Shown in pieces: positions 52,400 through 64,000 of a stretch of 64,000 nucleotides of DNA; position 1 is the first letter of the stretch; each line of letters opens with the position of its first letter. Below the pieces are notes generated by a model. That model did not search any database and was not told the origin of the DNA. It saw only the letters and a program-made list of their open reading frames with translations. This DNA comes from Dicyema japonicum (Eukaryota; Animalia; Dicyemida). Made by a program: the position numbers and the translations under genes. The stretch is taken from NCBI GenBank assembly GCA_011109175.1, contig RDEW01000056.1, forward strand, positions 186,001 through 250,000, written 5' to 3'.

Positions 52400-55360
52400 C
52401 CGTGTTTGACGTCCCTCTTGAAAAGTATGTCTGAAAAACACGAAAATTGCAACCTAAATGACTTCTCTCTTTTAACGTTCAATGTCAGAGGACTCTCTAG
52501 TGCATGGAAAAGAAAAGAACTTTGTGAAGACCTTTCAAAATACAAGATATTAGTCGGATGTCTCCAAGAGACAAAAATATCGAAGGAGTTTGAAGAACAA
52601 CATGGAAAGTTTAAGTTAATCTTTCTCTCTGGGGGATCAAAACATTACGGACTCGGATTTGCTGTAAGAAAGGACCTACTCCGGCGCATATACCGTTATT
52701 GGACAATCAATGAAAGGATTGGGATTCTACAAATAACATTGGACGATTATAACTCTCCGAAGAGCTATCTTACTATTATTAACGCATATGCTCCACATAG
52801 TGGATGGATCAATAAGAAACCCGAGGAAATTGACGACTTTTATGCGAATCTGTCTGATATTTATCCCAATTATGCAAATTCCACATTAATATTGATTACC
52901 GGTGATCTTAATGAAAAAGTTGGAAGTCGAATCACTATAGAAGAAGCATTTATTTGAAGACATGGAAGGGGAAAAAGGAACATTGCAGGAACCCTGTTAG
53001 CTAGCTTTTGTCAAGCAAATAATCTATTCCTTTGTAACACGGCCTTTATGCACTCAGCAAGACACAGGACAACTTGGTCAGGCAATAGAAGCATTGCGAA
53101 AATCTACAATCAAATAGACTATTGTCACTGATGCCCGTGCTTATGGAGGGCCTATAATTGACAGCGATCACAAGATGGTTATTGCCAAATTGTCCATAAA
53201 GAAACTTATGGGTTTGCAAGGGATGAAAAGAAAGTGCATTGGACACACGGAACTGCGGGGGAAGGGATACGTTTTAGACCATCTAAAGAACAATACTATC
53301 CAGGGAGAGGAATTCAGAAAATACCTCGATGAGGGATTGGAAGAAATATCAGTAGATTTGGCACCGCAAATTGCGTGGACCTTGGTCAAACAGAAGATCA
53401 TGATTGCTGCGGATATATACCTGAAAGAGGACTACGTAACTAAAATACCCACTGAAGAAGCAACCGCTTTGAAACTCTTTGCAAATCAACAAAAGGCGAT
53501 ATGGATACAATGTCTAAATACAGATGACAAAAATACGAAACAGCGGCTACAAAAGGAAAGAACAGTCATCAAAAAGAAAATAAGAAAAGCTGCACGTCGG
53601 ATATTAAAGAACGAAACAATAACAAAAATAGAGAAAATCGAAGGCCTTAAAGACAATGCGAAGTTTTATGAAGCTGTCGGACAAATCAGAAAACTACCAA
53701 GGAAAACACTGATTTTACGAGATGAAGAAGGAAAACATATTGCTAACCAACAAGAAATTGCAGAACTTATAGCGGATTATTTTGAAGCACAATTCGTATC
53801 AAAAAATAGCAAAAAACTCACCATTAACACGGATCAGGGAAAATTAGACGAAGAAATAATTGTGGAAGAAGTGATGACAGCAAGTTACAAACTGAAGGAC
53901 AATAAGAGTCCCGGCTTAAATGGTGAATTTTTCAAATATGGAACTCATAAGCTATACATGATAATTGCCTGGATTCTAAACGAAATGTATAGTAAAGGCC
54001 ACGCCACTTGGAGAAGGACTATTGATACCAGTACAGAAGCCAAACAAAAAATCGGGGAAAGTTGAGAACCTAAGACCAGTGGTATTAACCAACACATTAC
54101 GGAAGATACTAGCCAATATTACGCTTCAAAGAATGGAGGGACGCCTAGACCCGTACCTGTCGGCTTATCAAAGTGGTTTCCGCAAGAGATCAACGTCAGA
54201 TGTTATATGGAGCCACAAATGGAGAAGTGCCACTGTTCAAAAATTTAAAATAACGACAACCATTCTGGGGATTGATATGTCAAAGGCCTTTGATTCCGTC
54301 AACAGGAACAAGCTGCTGCAAATACTGGAGCACTTCTTGGAGGCTCAACGATTAGGATGGTCAGACACTCTTGACGGACACGAGTTTGATGGTCAGGACT
54401 GGGAAAGCTTTATCGAGGACATTTGAAACGACAATTGGTACCCCTCAAGGAGATCCATTATCCCCGATTTTGTTCATTATTTATCTGGAGGCAGCTCTAC
54501 GAGACTTGAAGCCTCATATCGGAGAAGGAACGAGCATAATAGCATATGCGGACGACGTGGACTTTATTTCGAATAACAAAGAAGAGTTAATTGCACTTTT
54601 GGAGAAAATGCCTGATAAAATGGCTGAGTGGTCATTAAAAGTAAACACAAACAAAACCGAAATCACGGAGCTAAAAAGAAGTGAGGAAAGGACCGACGAG
54701 CACTGGCGTAGATCAAAAAAACTAGGATCCCTTCTCGGTGACACGAAGATATAACACGAAGGAAGACACTAACTAATGTCGCTTTCAACAAAATGAAGAA
54801 GACCTGGCTTCTGCACAAAGGGCTTGACCCTAAAACTCGAATGAGACTATACAATGCCCTAGTGAGGCCAATCCTATTATATAATGCCGGTACATGGGCA
54901 TGTACAGGGCAGGAACTCGAAAAGTTGAATTCTTTTCACAGAAATCATCTCCGAGCACTCCTTTCTTTCCGAAGCTTTTTCAAAATGCCGTCCGAAATCT
55001 TATACAAGAGAACAGGAACTGAGTCAATATCATGTGATATTACTGATTCAAGATGGAGGCTCTTTGGACACATACTCCGCCACGATATGGGGACTTCTGC
55101 CAACATAGCAATGGAGGAGTATTTTGTCTTAGAAGCTTCTCGTTTCCGCGGCCGGCTGAGGACAACACTGTTGGGTATTCTAGATGAAGATCTCAGGAGG
55201 ATTGGAAAGTGCCTTAAAGATGGGGACGATCTAGATATGCTACGGAACATGGAAACGGATCGAAAAAGATTGGCGACGTTAATTAGATTGTTAACTTTTC
55301 GTGTTGCACATGCTTTGTCATGATCTTGGCATCGCATACGTGCCTATAATAATAACAATA
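52400..55360 (+). mobile_element. Near full-length RTE LINE, frameshifted
   Basis: TFNVRGL..LQETK, NAYAPHSG, SDHKMV, LRPVVLTNTLRK, GIDMSKAFDSV, GTPQGDPLSP, YADDVDF and WRLFGHILR; (TAA)n-like tail at 55347-55362. Confidence 0.9.
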
Positions 55361-56100
55361 ATGACGTGTCTGAATGGTTCACTTAGTCTCGACAAGAAAC
55401 AATGGAAAAAATAAAGAATTCAAGACTCAATCCAAGCCAATTTGGGCTGAAGATTCTGAATTTAGAGTTTAAAGATTTAGGCCAAATCAAATGCCAAATC
55501 TTTAATTTTTGAAGATGATATCCTTATATAATCAAAAATCAAACTAAATTGAGATTTTTTTGTAAGGAAGAAGAACTTAAGCTAAAATTTATTGAGGTTT
55601 TCATTTTATTGAGTTTTAGCCTGAGAGAATCTGAATCAATTTGGTCGGGATCAGTTGTATTGAAAAATCTAAGAAAATATTGAATTAGAACAATTAAAGG
55701 CCGTCAACAATGAATTACTGAAATTGGATGATTTGAGAAAAGATGCATACATAAATGGAAGGCAGCAGACAGGATGGAAGATAAGCGTAAATGGAAATAC
55801 GATTAAGATGCGTTTAAAACTGGCAGCATGATTACATTAAGGTGTAACATCTTATAGTTATTAAAAATTATTTAGACAGGATAATGATGCCAATTCGAGA
55901 CAATTCCCGTTATATGATGGATTGGAACTTACGAGATACATAATTGTCGATAAGAAATTTTGAATCTGTACATTGGAAAGTGAGTCCGGTGAACTTTTGG
56001 AAGGGGTACATCCTTCACGAATATTTAAAATTGGATATGATTGATTAATTTAATTAAAAAGATTAAAAATTAATTTTTATTTTGTAATTTTACGTAGTAG

Positions 56101-56414
56101 CAGCATAGTGGTTGGTGTCGGGCTTAAGTGACTTAGGTTACGGGTTCGAATCTCGATGATGTTCACCTGGTGGAAGGTTCCACATCTACGATGCAGAAAG
56201 GGTTTGACGAGTGACGTCGTCATCAGTGGATACTCACTGCGGAACTGGATTGTCTAAAAAGGACCCACACACAAGAAAAAAAAAAAAAGTGAAGATCATT
56301 CCTTGGTTCTACGATTAGTTAAAATTAATTGTTCTTTAATTAAATAAAGTGTGTCCTGCCTATGCGGAGCTATAGATATTATGGCTCTAGTGAAAAGGCT
56401 ATTATTATTATTTG
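56101..56414 (+). mobile_element. tRNA-derived SINE with 8-bp TSD
   Basis: A-box-like AGCATAGTGG, B box GGTTCGAATC and a (TTA)n tail. CGTAGTAG flanks at 56093-56100 and 56415-56422. Confidence 0.9.
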
Positions 56415-56599
56415 CGTAGTAGAATTCCGATTTTTAAATAGTGTTTGAAGTTAGGATTTAGAATTAAGATAGGGTTGATTACGATTAGTTTTAGGGTAAT
56501 TTTTGATTAAGTTGGGTTGGGGTGTAAGTTTTTAGTGTTAGGGGTTGTTAGTTAGTTAAAGCTCCTTCGCGTAGCCCTAAAAAATTTCACTTGATTCAC

Positions 56600-58400
56600 G
56601 CTCTACAATTATCCTCCTCGCCATTTTCGCCTACGCCATAGAGTTTTTGGCCCAGATTCGAACATCATCCAGATCGTCTGCTGTCACCAATTTAAGATTG
56701 TCCGTAATCATCTTTTAAGAAAATTGGAATTGTATTTCTTGGTCTGGCTCGAAATCCGTGAATTCCAGGAGCAGTAGAAGTATTCTTCCATTATTCTGTT
56801 ACACGGACTAGTCGGGTCCAGTCAGAGAATATGTCCAAATAGTTGCAATCTCGATAGAATAACGTCCATGCTAATTGGTGTAGATTTTCAAAGAGCATAT
56901 AGTTTCTCGTTTTATGATTGCTTCTGTGAAATGTATCTAGCCTCTCTAAATCGTTTTTCGAGGTTCCCAATTCTCCGGAATTGTATATTAGTAATGGCAT
57001 GATAAACGTGTCGTATAATCTGACATGAAGTTTCAGTGAAACACGTCTTTTTCCATTCCAAATGTTGTTCATTTTTTGAAATATATGGTTGCCAGCATTT
57101 TCCTTCGACAAATATCCTTGGCATCAGCGACTAGTAAGCCGAGTTTTTTGTATGCCTCCAGAGTTTGTCATTTCTTGACTTGGATCGTTCGATTCGTGTG
57201 TAGTCCGTTTTTTTTTTAAATATTTTGTATGCAGATCCAATTTATTTAAAATGATTTCGGCTTAAACTAAAATTTGGTCACGTGGGTTTTTCTGGTCACC
57301 ACACACAAAGTCTCCATCATCTGCGTACAACAATTCAATTATATTTTCGTAATTAGAACCCATTTCTTTTCTCAGCTCCTTGAGGGCAGCTTCGAGTTTG
57401 ACTTTGGGAAAGGTATTTTTCCACTGGTTTTTGTATATGGTTAAGCACTATGATCGATTATGTATTCCTGATAGTTGGTAGTGGAATAATAAGCCTTAAT
57501 CCATCCAGCGATTTGTGTATCTGAATTAAGACTCCATGTCCTAATAGAAGTGAACAGTGAAGTTCCATCTTACTTGTTTAATATATCCGTGATTATGTTC
57601 CCAGCAATAACCGGACCATGTATTAGCAACTCGCCCGGGATGCTATCATAGCCAGCTGAACGATTTCTTTTTAGGTGTATGAATTCATTTGTTACTTCCT
57701 TTATTGAATTTTGTTTGTACGTGGTCTTGGATTTCCAAAAAATTTGGTATATTCACCCCAACGGAATTAAACTGCATCTCGAAGTGTTTGGAAATATGGT
57801 TTGTTTTATCCTACACGCTTTGTCGCAGATTTTCAGCGACTTTTTCGCAGTTCTTCGTGTAAATAATTTAACAGCAGAAAATATTCATCTCCCATACTGA
57901 CAGTTTCAATTTTAGTCGCAATATCGTCCAAATATTTGTGTCATAGGTCATTCGATTGTTTTCTTATCAAATGTGAAATTTGATTACGTTTTCTCTTTAA
58001 TGCACTTGAACTACCCAGTTTCAGTTTCAAACGTATTTCCTTCTGCTGTTCCGACAATTCTCTTATTACGGGGTCATGAATAATACGTCTATTCCGGGCT
58101 TTTCCCTGGTATTCAACAGTCTCTGTCGCCGACAGTTTTAAGATATTTAAGATCTTTCCAAGGTCAGTCGAGGGGTGCTACTAATTTCAACACCCCGCAA
58201 TTGTTTAGAGACGTTTTGTTGGTATCTCCTTTGCCATTTGTCAAAAGTCAACAATTCCACAGCCAAACGTCTATTTAAAAAGGAACTTTTCCTCTTTACT
58301 GCTTTACTTCCGAAGTATCGTTTAAGATTTAATCTGGTCATTATTAATTTATGTTCACTGTCAGTTAAGAGTCAGTCAACAGTCTCTTTTAAAAAAATTA
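56600..58400 (-). mobile_element. Decayed RTE LINE
   Basis: LKLHVRLYDTFIMPLLIYNSG..LERLDTFHR, and YADDGD-like and linker fragments upstream. Confidence 0.65.
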
Positions 58401-58639
58401 GGCAGATAATATGTCACATGGGCAACATGAAGCCTATGGGCAACTTGTTTTTTACGTGTTTTTATAGTAACCAAATTATACTACATAATATGAATTTTTT
58501 GTAACTCTTATAAAAACAACATTTAACTAATTTATTAATTCTAAATAAAAAATTAATTCAAACTGTATTTATTAAATGGCTAACCTGATTTCTTTTAATT
58601 TTAACAGCATGGTTTAGTGATTTTGTATGTCTCAATTTA

Positions 58640-59800
58640 GGGGTACATTAGAGATCTCAACGAATATGACAAAATTAAACAGATATTTTGTGGAATCGAT
58701 CCTGAAGATGTAAGTACTCAAATGAAACGGAGAGTACAAGAAAAGGCCTTACATTTTTCGCTTAGAAACGATAAGTTTAATTCTGATTTAATTAGACTTT
58801 TCTTGAATGGAAACACAGAAAAATTGGTTATTCCTCTGGACTGTGAGTCTGAGATGGACAATCATTCCAGAACCCTCCATCTGATCTCACACGGAGGGAT
58901 CAATAAAATCGAATTTCTTTGCCGTCGGAACTATTTATATTTCCGTAATAAGAAAAGTTATTAATGATTGTGAAGTTTGTAAGTTTACGCTTATTCTTAA
59001 GGTTATCTTTTTTAAACAACTGCTTAGACTGTTGACGAGAACTATCATGTTTTTGCGTCTGCTCCAAATGAGCTTTTTCAAATTGATCTAATCGATCTGA
59101 AAAAATTTCAAAGTGTCAACAAGGATATAAATGGATCTTATTCTTAATTGAGTCGTATTAAAATTTTTATAGTCGGTATTAAATTTTTATAACCACGTTA
59201 GTTTCCCTTTTGCAAGGCTGTTGTTAAATAAGTCGGCATTTGAAGTATGTCAGAATTTGGACTTCCGAAGACCAAATAATCCAAGATACCAAGTTTGTGC
59301 ACAAATTGATTTTTAGGGAATAGTAGAACGTTTCAATCAAACGTTGACAAGCTCAATATCTAGACTTATTGATGGGAATCCTAGAATATGCAGTTTACAG
59401 CTACTACGCGACAATGCAATCTTTTTCAAATGAGATGCCATTCAAACGGTATCGCGGAATTTTTTGAACAAATTTCTTTCAAAAGATAGAATGAGAAGAT
59501 GGTGCTACATTTAGATTTTATAATTTTAGAATCAGTAATAAGAGTTAATGAAGTTTCAACTATTTGCGAATAGGCTCATCAAATTAATGGCGGTTTTTAA
59601 TTTATAAATTACAATTTTGTAGAATCCTTTAATTTTGAGATAACATCAATTGTGGGTGTCGATCAATACTATCGACGGATGAATAGAGGAATGGGTGTAC
59701 ATTGTAGTAAGTACAATTATGCAATTGGAGATCATGTTAAATTTTTGGTGTATTTGGAAAGACTGGGATTATTGTATATTCTGAGGCATTAACGCGAAAT
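58640..59800 (+). mobile_element. Decayed rve/DDE integrase element (Ginger/GIN- or Gypsy-integrase-like)
   Basis: H..HGGINK..C..CEVC zinc-binding region, ELFQIDLIDL...YKWIL, GIVERFNQTL and YAIGDHV. No gag or RT adjacent. Confidence 0.6.
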
Positions 59801-59879
59801 TTACTTCATTGAGCGAATGTACCTTATAACTTAAATTTTTTACTTTTGTTTTTCATTTTTAATCAATAAAATTTACAGC

Positions 59880-61840
59880 TAAAAATAATTTAAAAGTACC
59901 AGCTTTTTTAAAAAGGATCTTTTAGGAAGAATTAATTCAGCTATCTATGAATATATGAAATCTAATTCTCCTGTGAATTTAAACGATATTACTGATATCG
60001 TTTATGCTGGCCAATGTTCTTATGAAATTCTCTCAACATCTACAAGAAAAAAAGATTAATTGGAGTCACCATTTTGAGTTGAAAATGATTGAATTGAAGA
60101 AGGAAATGGTACAAATCGAAACAATTGGAGAGCAGAAATCAAACCAAAGTTATGACGAAGAAACCAGAGAAGTGCTGTGTAGATATGGATTTCGAAAATC
60201 AAAGAAGATAAGAATTGCATCAGGTATCCAAGATGAAATCAAACTCTTAGAAAAGAAACTAAAAATTCATGAGTCGAGAAACGAATTTAAAAACAGAATT
60301 GGTGCTTTGAATTAATAGGAGGTACTTTTACAGGAATCTGAATGGAGAACATGAAAAAGCCAAGTTTGGCTTTAATAAAAATGAGTGCCTCGCATTCTGG
60401 GAGAACATCTGGAATAAACAAGACAATGAGGAAAAAGTTTTGCAATTAAATAAGAACTCTACAGGCTCTGAAGAAATGCATGCTAATTTTACTAAAGAAT
60501 TCATCTTCGATATAATTAAAATTTCCCCAAACTGGAGAACAGCTGGTTGTGATGGAGTGTACAATTTCTTTATTAAGAAATTTACATAAATACATGACTC
60601 TCTTTGTGAAAAATCGTCAAGATAATTCATGGTGAATACTCACCTCAAGAGTGGTTTTACAAGGGAATAACATATTTGATCCCGAAAAAAGTTAATTGTG
60701 ATTCTCTAAAAGACTTGAGACCTATTACCTGTATGCCAAGTATGTACAAGCTGACAACGAAATGTGTGAATAAGAATCTATCAGACTACATTGAAGCACA
60801 TAGACTGATTAGTAACAACCAACTGGGAACTCGTAGATTCTGTCAAGGGGCCAAAGAGCAAGCACTAATAAATCAGTGTATCAATCAGGAGAAAGGGAAT
60901 AATTCGGCTACTGCCTGGATATACGTTAAAAAGGCTTTTGATTCCGTGGATCATGATTTCCTGAATAAAGTACTTGAGACATCTGGATTGCCTGTTTGGA
61001 TCGTTAATTTTATTAAAAACTTGGTAACTAAATAGAAGATTAAATTGACATTAAGTCAGAAATGAAAATATCCTTCAGGATGACTCACTGTTCCTTCAGA
61101 TCTTTGTCTTTGTGATGGATGCGTTGAGCAAATCATTAAGTGGAAAATTTCCGAGAGTGATAATTAACGGATGTCATCCAGATCGGATGTCACTCTTATA
61201 CGCAACAAATTTCTATTGTTTATGGATGATTTGAAACTATTTTCCCATAAAGAGGATACATAGGTAAGAATGATGAATCAAATAATGCTTTTCTTTAAGC
61301 TGCTGGACTTGAAAAGAATTTTGATAAGTCAGCAACAAATGTACGAAGATTATCTGATGAGCAAGGTTACTAGATGGTTACTGCTACCTGGGAGTGCTTG
61401 AAGATAAGTCAAGCAGTGTTTTGAAGAATGATGTATTGAAGGCAATTTTTGATACGATGAACAAAAAAATAAATAATTTAGCAAATTCGAAACTTAACTC
61501 TGCTAACATGTTCAAGGCCATCAACAAACAAGCACTGTCACTATATAATTACTACATCAGAATTGTCGATATCGATCCAAACGAATTCGAAAACATTGAT
61601 AAAAAAATACGCGGGATACTAACAAGTCATTGAATTCATCGAAACCTTCTAATTAATAAAGACTTTAAATGCCAAGAAACAAACTAGGAAGAGGATTGAT
61701 ATCTATAACCCATAAGAGCGAACGTATGCTTTTTCAATTTCTCAGGGATCTGGAGAAAAAATCCTATTAGTGCCCAAGAAGAGTAGGAATTCTACGAGTT
61801 ATTAAATCAAAAAAACACATATGGCGAAAGTGTCAGAAAA
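59880..61840 (+). mobile_element. R4/Dong-like non-LTR retrotransposon, 3'-truncated
   Basis: GITYLIPK..DLRPITCMPSMYKL..GAKEQALIN..VKKAFDSVDH, and ANMFKAINKQALSLYNY. Homologous to 9700-11460. Confidence 0.85.
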
Positions 61841-61849
61841 CTGAATATA

Positions 61850-62310
61850 TTGAAATCATTCTTAAATTCCAGGCCGTCACGGGAATGCGCTGTTGTCTTG
61901 TACAATCAACTTTTAAAACTTCATGGACTTATGGAGTTTCAATATCAAATTTGTTCAGCCAAATTGGTACGTCTAACTAATCTACCTGCCAATCTTTTCC
62001 CCCAATGCTTGACCACACTTCAATCGAAAACAACGGCTCCGGTTTCATCGGTCTGTGTGGTCACGAAAAAAGTAGTTTTTTCCATTCAAGACTAGAACAA
62101 GCAAATACACGTAAATTGGGGAAAAAACCTACCCTTTTTTCAAATTTTAATAAAAAGTAATCGTTGTCGATACAGGAAAGCCGTGGGTACTCTGGAGGAA
62201 CACAAGAAAAACCTTTCGATCCTTTTGATGTTTACCGGGATCACCAAATTAGTTAGTTTACTCCTTCTTTCTTGGTGTTCCCTTCTCGGAGTTATTAAAT
62301 AAATAAAAGA
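61850..62310 (+). mobile_element. Family-A LINE 3' end
   Basis: Homologous to 2337-2813, including the 3' UTR TACTCCTTCTTTCTTGGTGTTCCC; end motif at 62237-62258 and a (TAAA)n tail. Confidence 0.85.
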
Positions 62311-62554
62311 ACTAATGAGATTAATATATAACTAGACATCTCAGCACGCTCCGCGTAATTAGTGAACCGTTATATGACACGTGGGAGACTATAACTTTAG
62401 GGTCAGTGTTACGATTAATTGCTTCTTTCACCCGATGAATTCGTCGAGAGTGCTTGACCTCAGCACAGAATTCTTTTAAACATTCAGTGGGGAACGACAT
62501 GATGACTCTCCAGAACATTGGATTCGATGATGGATAAATCTCAATTCAGCTCAA

Positions 62555-63700
62555 TTACCCCAATGAGACAACAACAGCACTCATGTCTCTGACGCACCGG
62601 GATATCCCACGTGGATATGATAAAAGATTATTAAGTATAGAGTCGTCTTTGTACTTACCACGAAGCTCAGTTTCAAAAATCTTATTAACAACAATAGGAG
62701 AACAACCACCAAATTATGAAATATGTTTTCCAACAATTTCAGTCACGTGTTTAAAATCCAAAAATTCATTAATTCCCTTGGTTGTCATAACAATACAAAT
62801 ATCCTCAGACCTTATTGAATGAGACATAACTTCTGAGAAAGCTTTGATGTATGGGGGAGACTTGTATAATTCAGGAAGCATGATACCCTCCATGCCTTGA
62901 GAAGTCATAAATTTCATAACATCAGTGAGGTATTCACGAGACCACTTGAACTGGAAGTGTCCGAATGCTCGAAGAGGCATAAAAATACCACAAAGTCCAC
63001 CATCAACTAAGATTTCTTTCCTTTCTTCTTCGGGGACAGAGTTTTTAATCCTCTCGACTTTTTCCAAATTCTCAAAAGTGTAGGGATTAGTGAGTTTAAC
63101 TGCCTTGAATTTGCCATTATCTGCAGAAACAACGAATGCTGAACAATCTCCAGTACTAGCGACATAAATAATCTTTTCATGATGTATGCAAGGCAGACAC
63201 ATGCTCCGGAAAGAGCTGTCAAGACGGACTGATGTATAAATTAAAGAGGTTCTCCTCACTATTTGGGTTGGAAGAATATTCCTAGCCGAGGAAGTCATCG
63301 AAGCGTGTGAAGCCCAACGAGATCGACTCCGATGAATTTGGGAAAACGTTTAAATTAGTCGAATCAGGATGGGAGACCTACAGTTTTAGGCATATTTACA
63401 TTAATTGGGTCGTAAATGTAGGAACTAACGAAATGAAGGAGTAACTGTGAGCATAATCTACCACAGTGAATTCCTCCATGACCGTCAACAACGCCAATTA
63501 TGAAATCATTTTTAATGTGGATCTTAGTTTGGATAATAAAGTCTTTACATAAAGTATTGGACGGAAGCTTACGTTGCCTTGTAATAGAGATCAAGTGGAG
63601 AAGCTACCGGGTCTCACGCGCGTCGTGGCTTTTTAGAGTAGCTAGGTATCCAAGTTTCAGGGTAAACCTCGCTTTTCTACGATGTGGGAACCACCTCTTT
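62555..63700 (-). pseudogene. PDP: Pyruvate dehydrogenase phosphatase-like PP2C pseudogene
   Basis: KLPSNTLCKD..GVVDGHGG, 22-nt intron at 63378-63399, SLGFTRFDD, ALSGACVC, VASTGDC, MPLRAFGHFQFKWS, YKSPPYI, and C-terminal LLSYPRGISRCVRD. In-frame stops (e.g. 62714-62716) and frameshifts. The 5' boundary is uncertain. Confidence 0.85.
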
Positions 63701-64000
63701 TTACCTACGTACAAATCCTCCGTGCCTTTTGCAACCTTTACAAGCTGACAACAAGTAACCTATTTGATTTTCATGATTTAGGAGAACATTCTTCTACAAT
63801 GACAGGACTGACCGATCTATGGGAGCGATCGGCATTTGCTGCGAATGTATTAGCTGCTGGCTCCTAAAAGTCAGCGTTGACGAAGTTACTTAACTATCAA
63901 ACTTTAATAAAAACGTACATATATCATAGTTGTTCAATGGTTATAAGGTCACGATCACAGAAAGCGCATTTAACGTCTAGAAATATTCGGAGTATGTGTT

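Noticed and set aside
40860-63700. Ciliate-type code (TAA/TAG = Gln) explaining the stops in host genes
   Set aside because: The 577- and 460-aa LINE ORFs contain no TAA/TAG. One TAG replaces a conserved Trp (VV*ADT) and TGA stops also occur.

Overview
This is AT-rich eukaryotic DNA read with the standard genetic code. It looks like a transposable-element graveyard, with two assembly gaps (43815-44178 and 52157-52223). Most of the window is decayed non-LTR retrotransposon sequence from four groups: Ingi/Vingi-like APE-RT elements, RTE, R4/Dong-like (REL) and CRE-like. It also holds a hAT (Charlie/Buster-like) fragment inside a ~2.1-2.4 kb inverted duplication, an rve-integrase element, a tRNA-derived SINE family and a 21-bp minisatellite. 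Three host genes are recognisable and all are disrupted: a polypeptide GalNAc-transferase, a CAP/SCP-domain gene and a pyruvate dehydrogenase phosphatase-like PP2C. All three carry ultra-short (22-25 nt) GT-AG introns, which suggests a compact-intron, probably parasitic animal (dicyemid- or myxozoan-like); this is inference only. The most striking signal is at the 5' ends of the Ingi/Vingi-like LINEs: an HDV-like ribozyme-compatible fold with compensatory stem changes across four copies. In the two copies with an intact 5' ORF it is followed by a 2A-like (GDxExNPGP) peptide just before the endonuclease. A conserved GGGATCAC..ATTAGTT motif marks about 13 LINE 3' ends. All assignments come from reading motifs by eye; no database searches were run.
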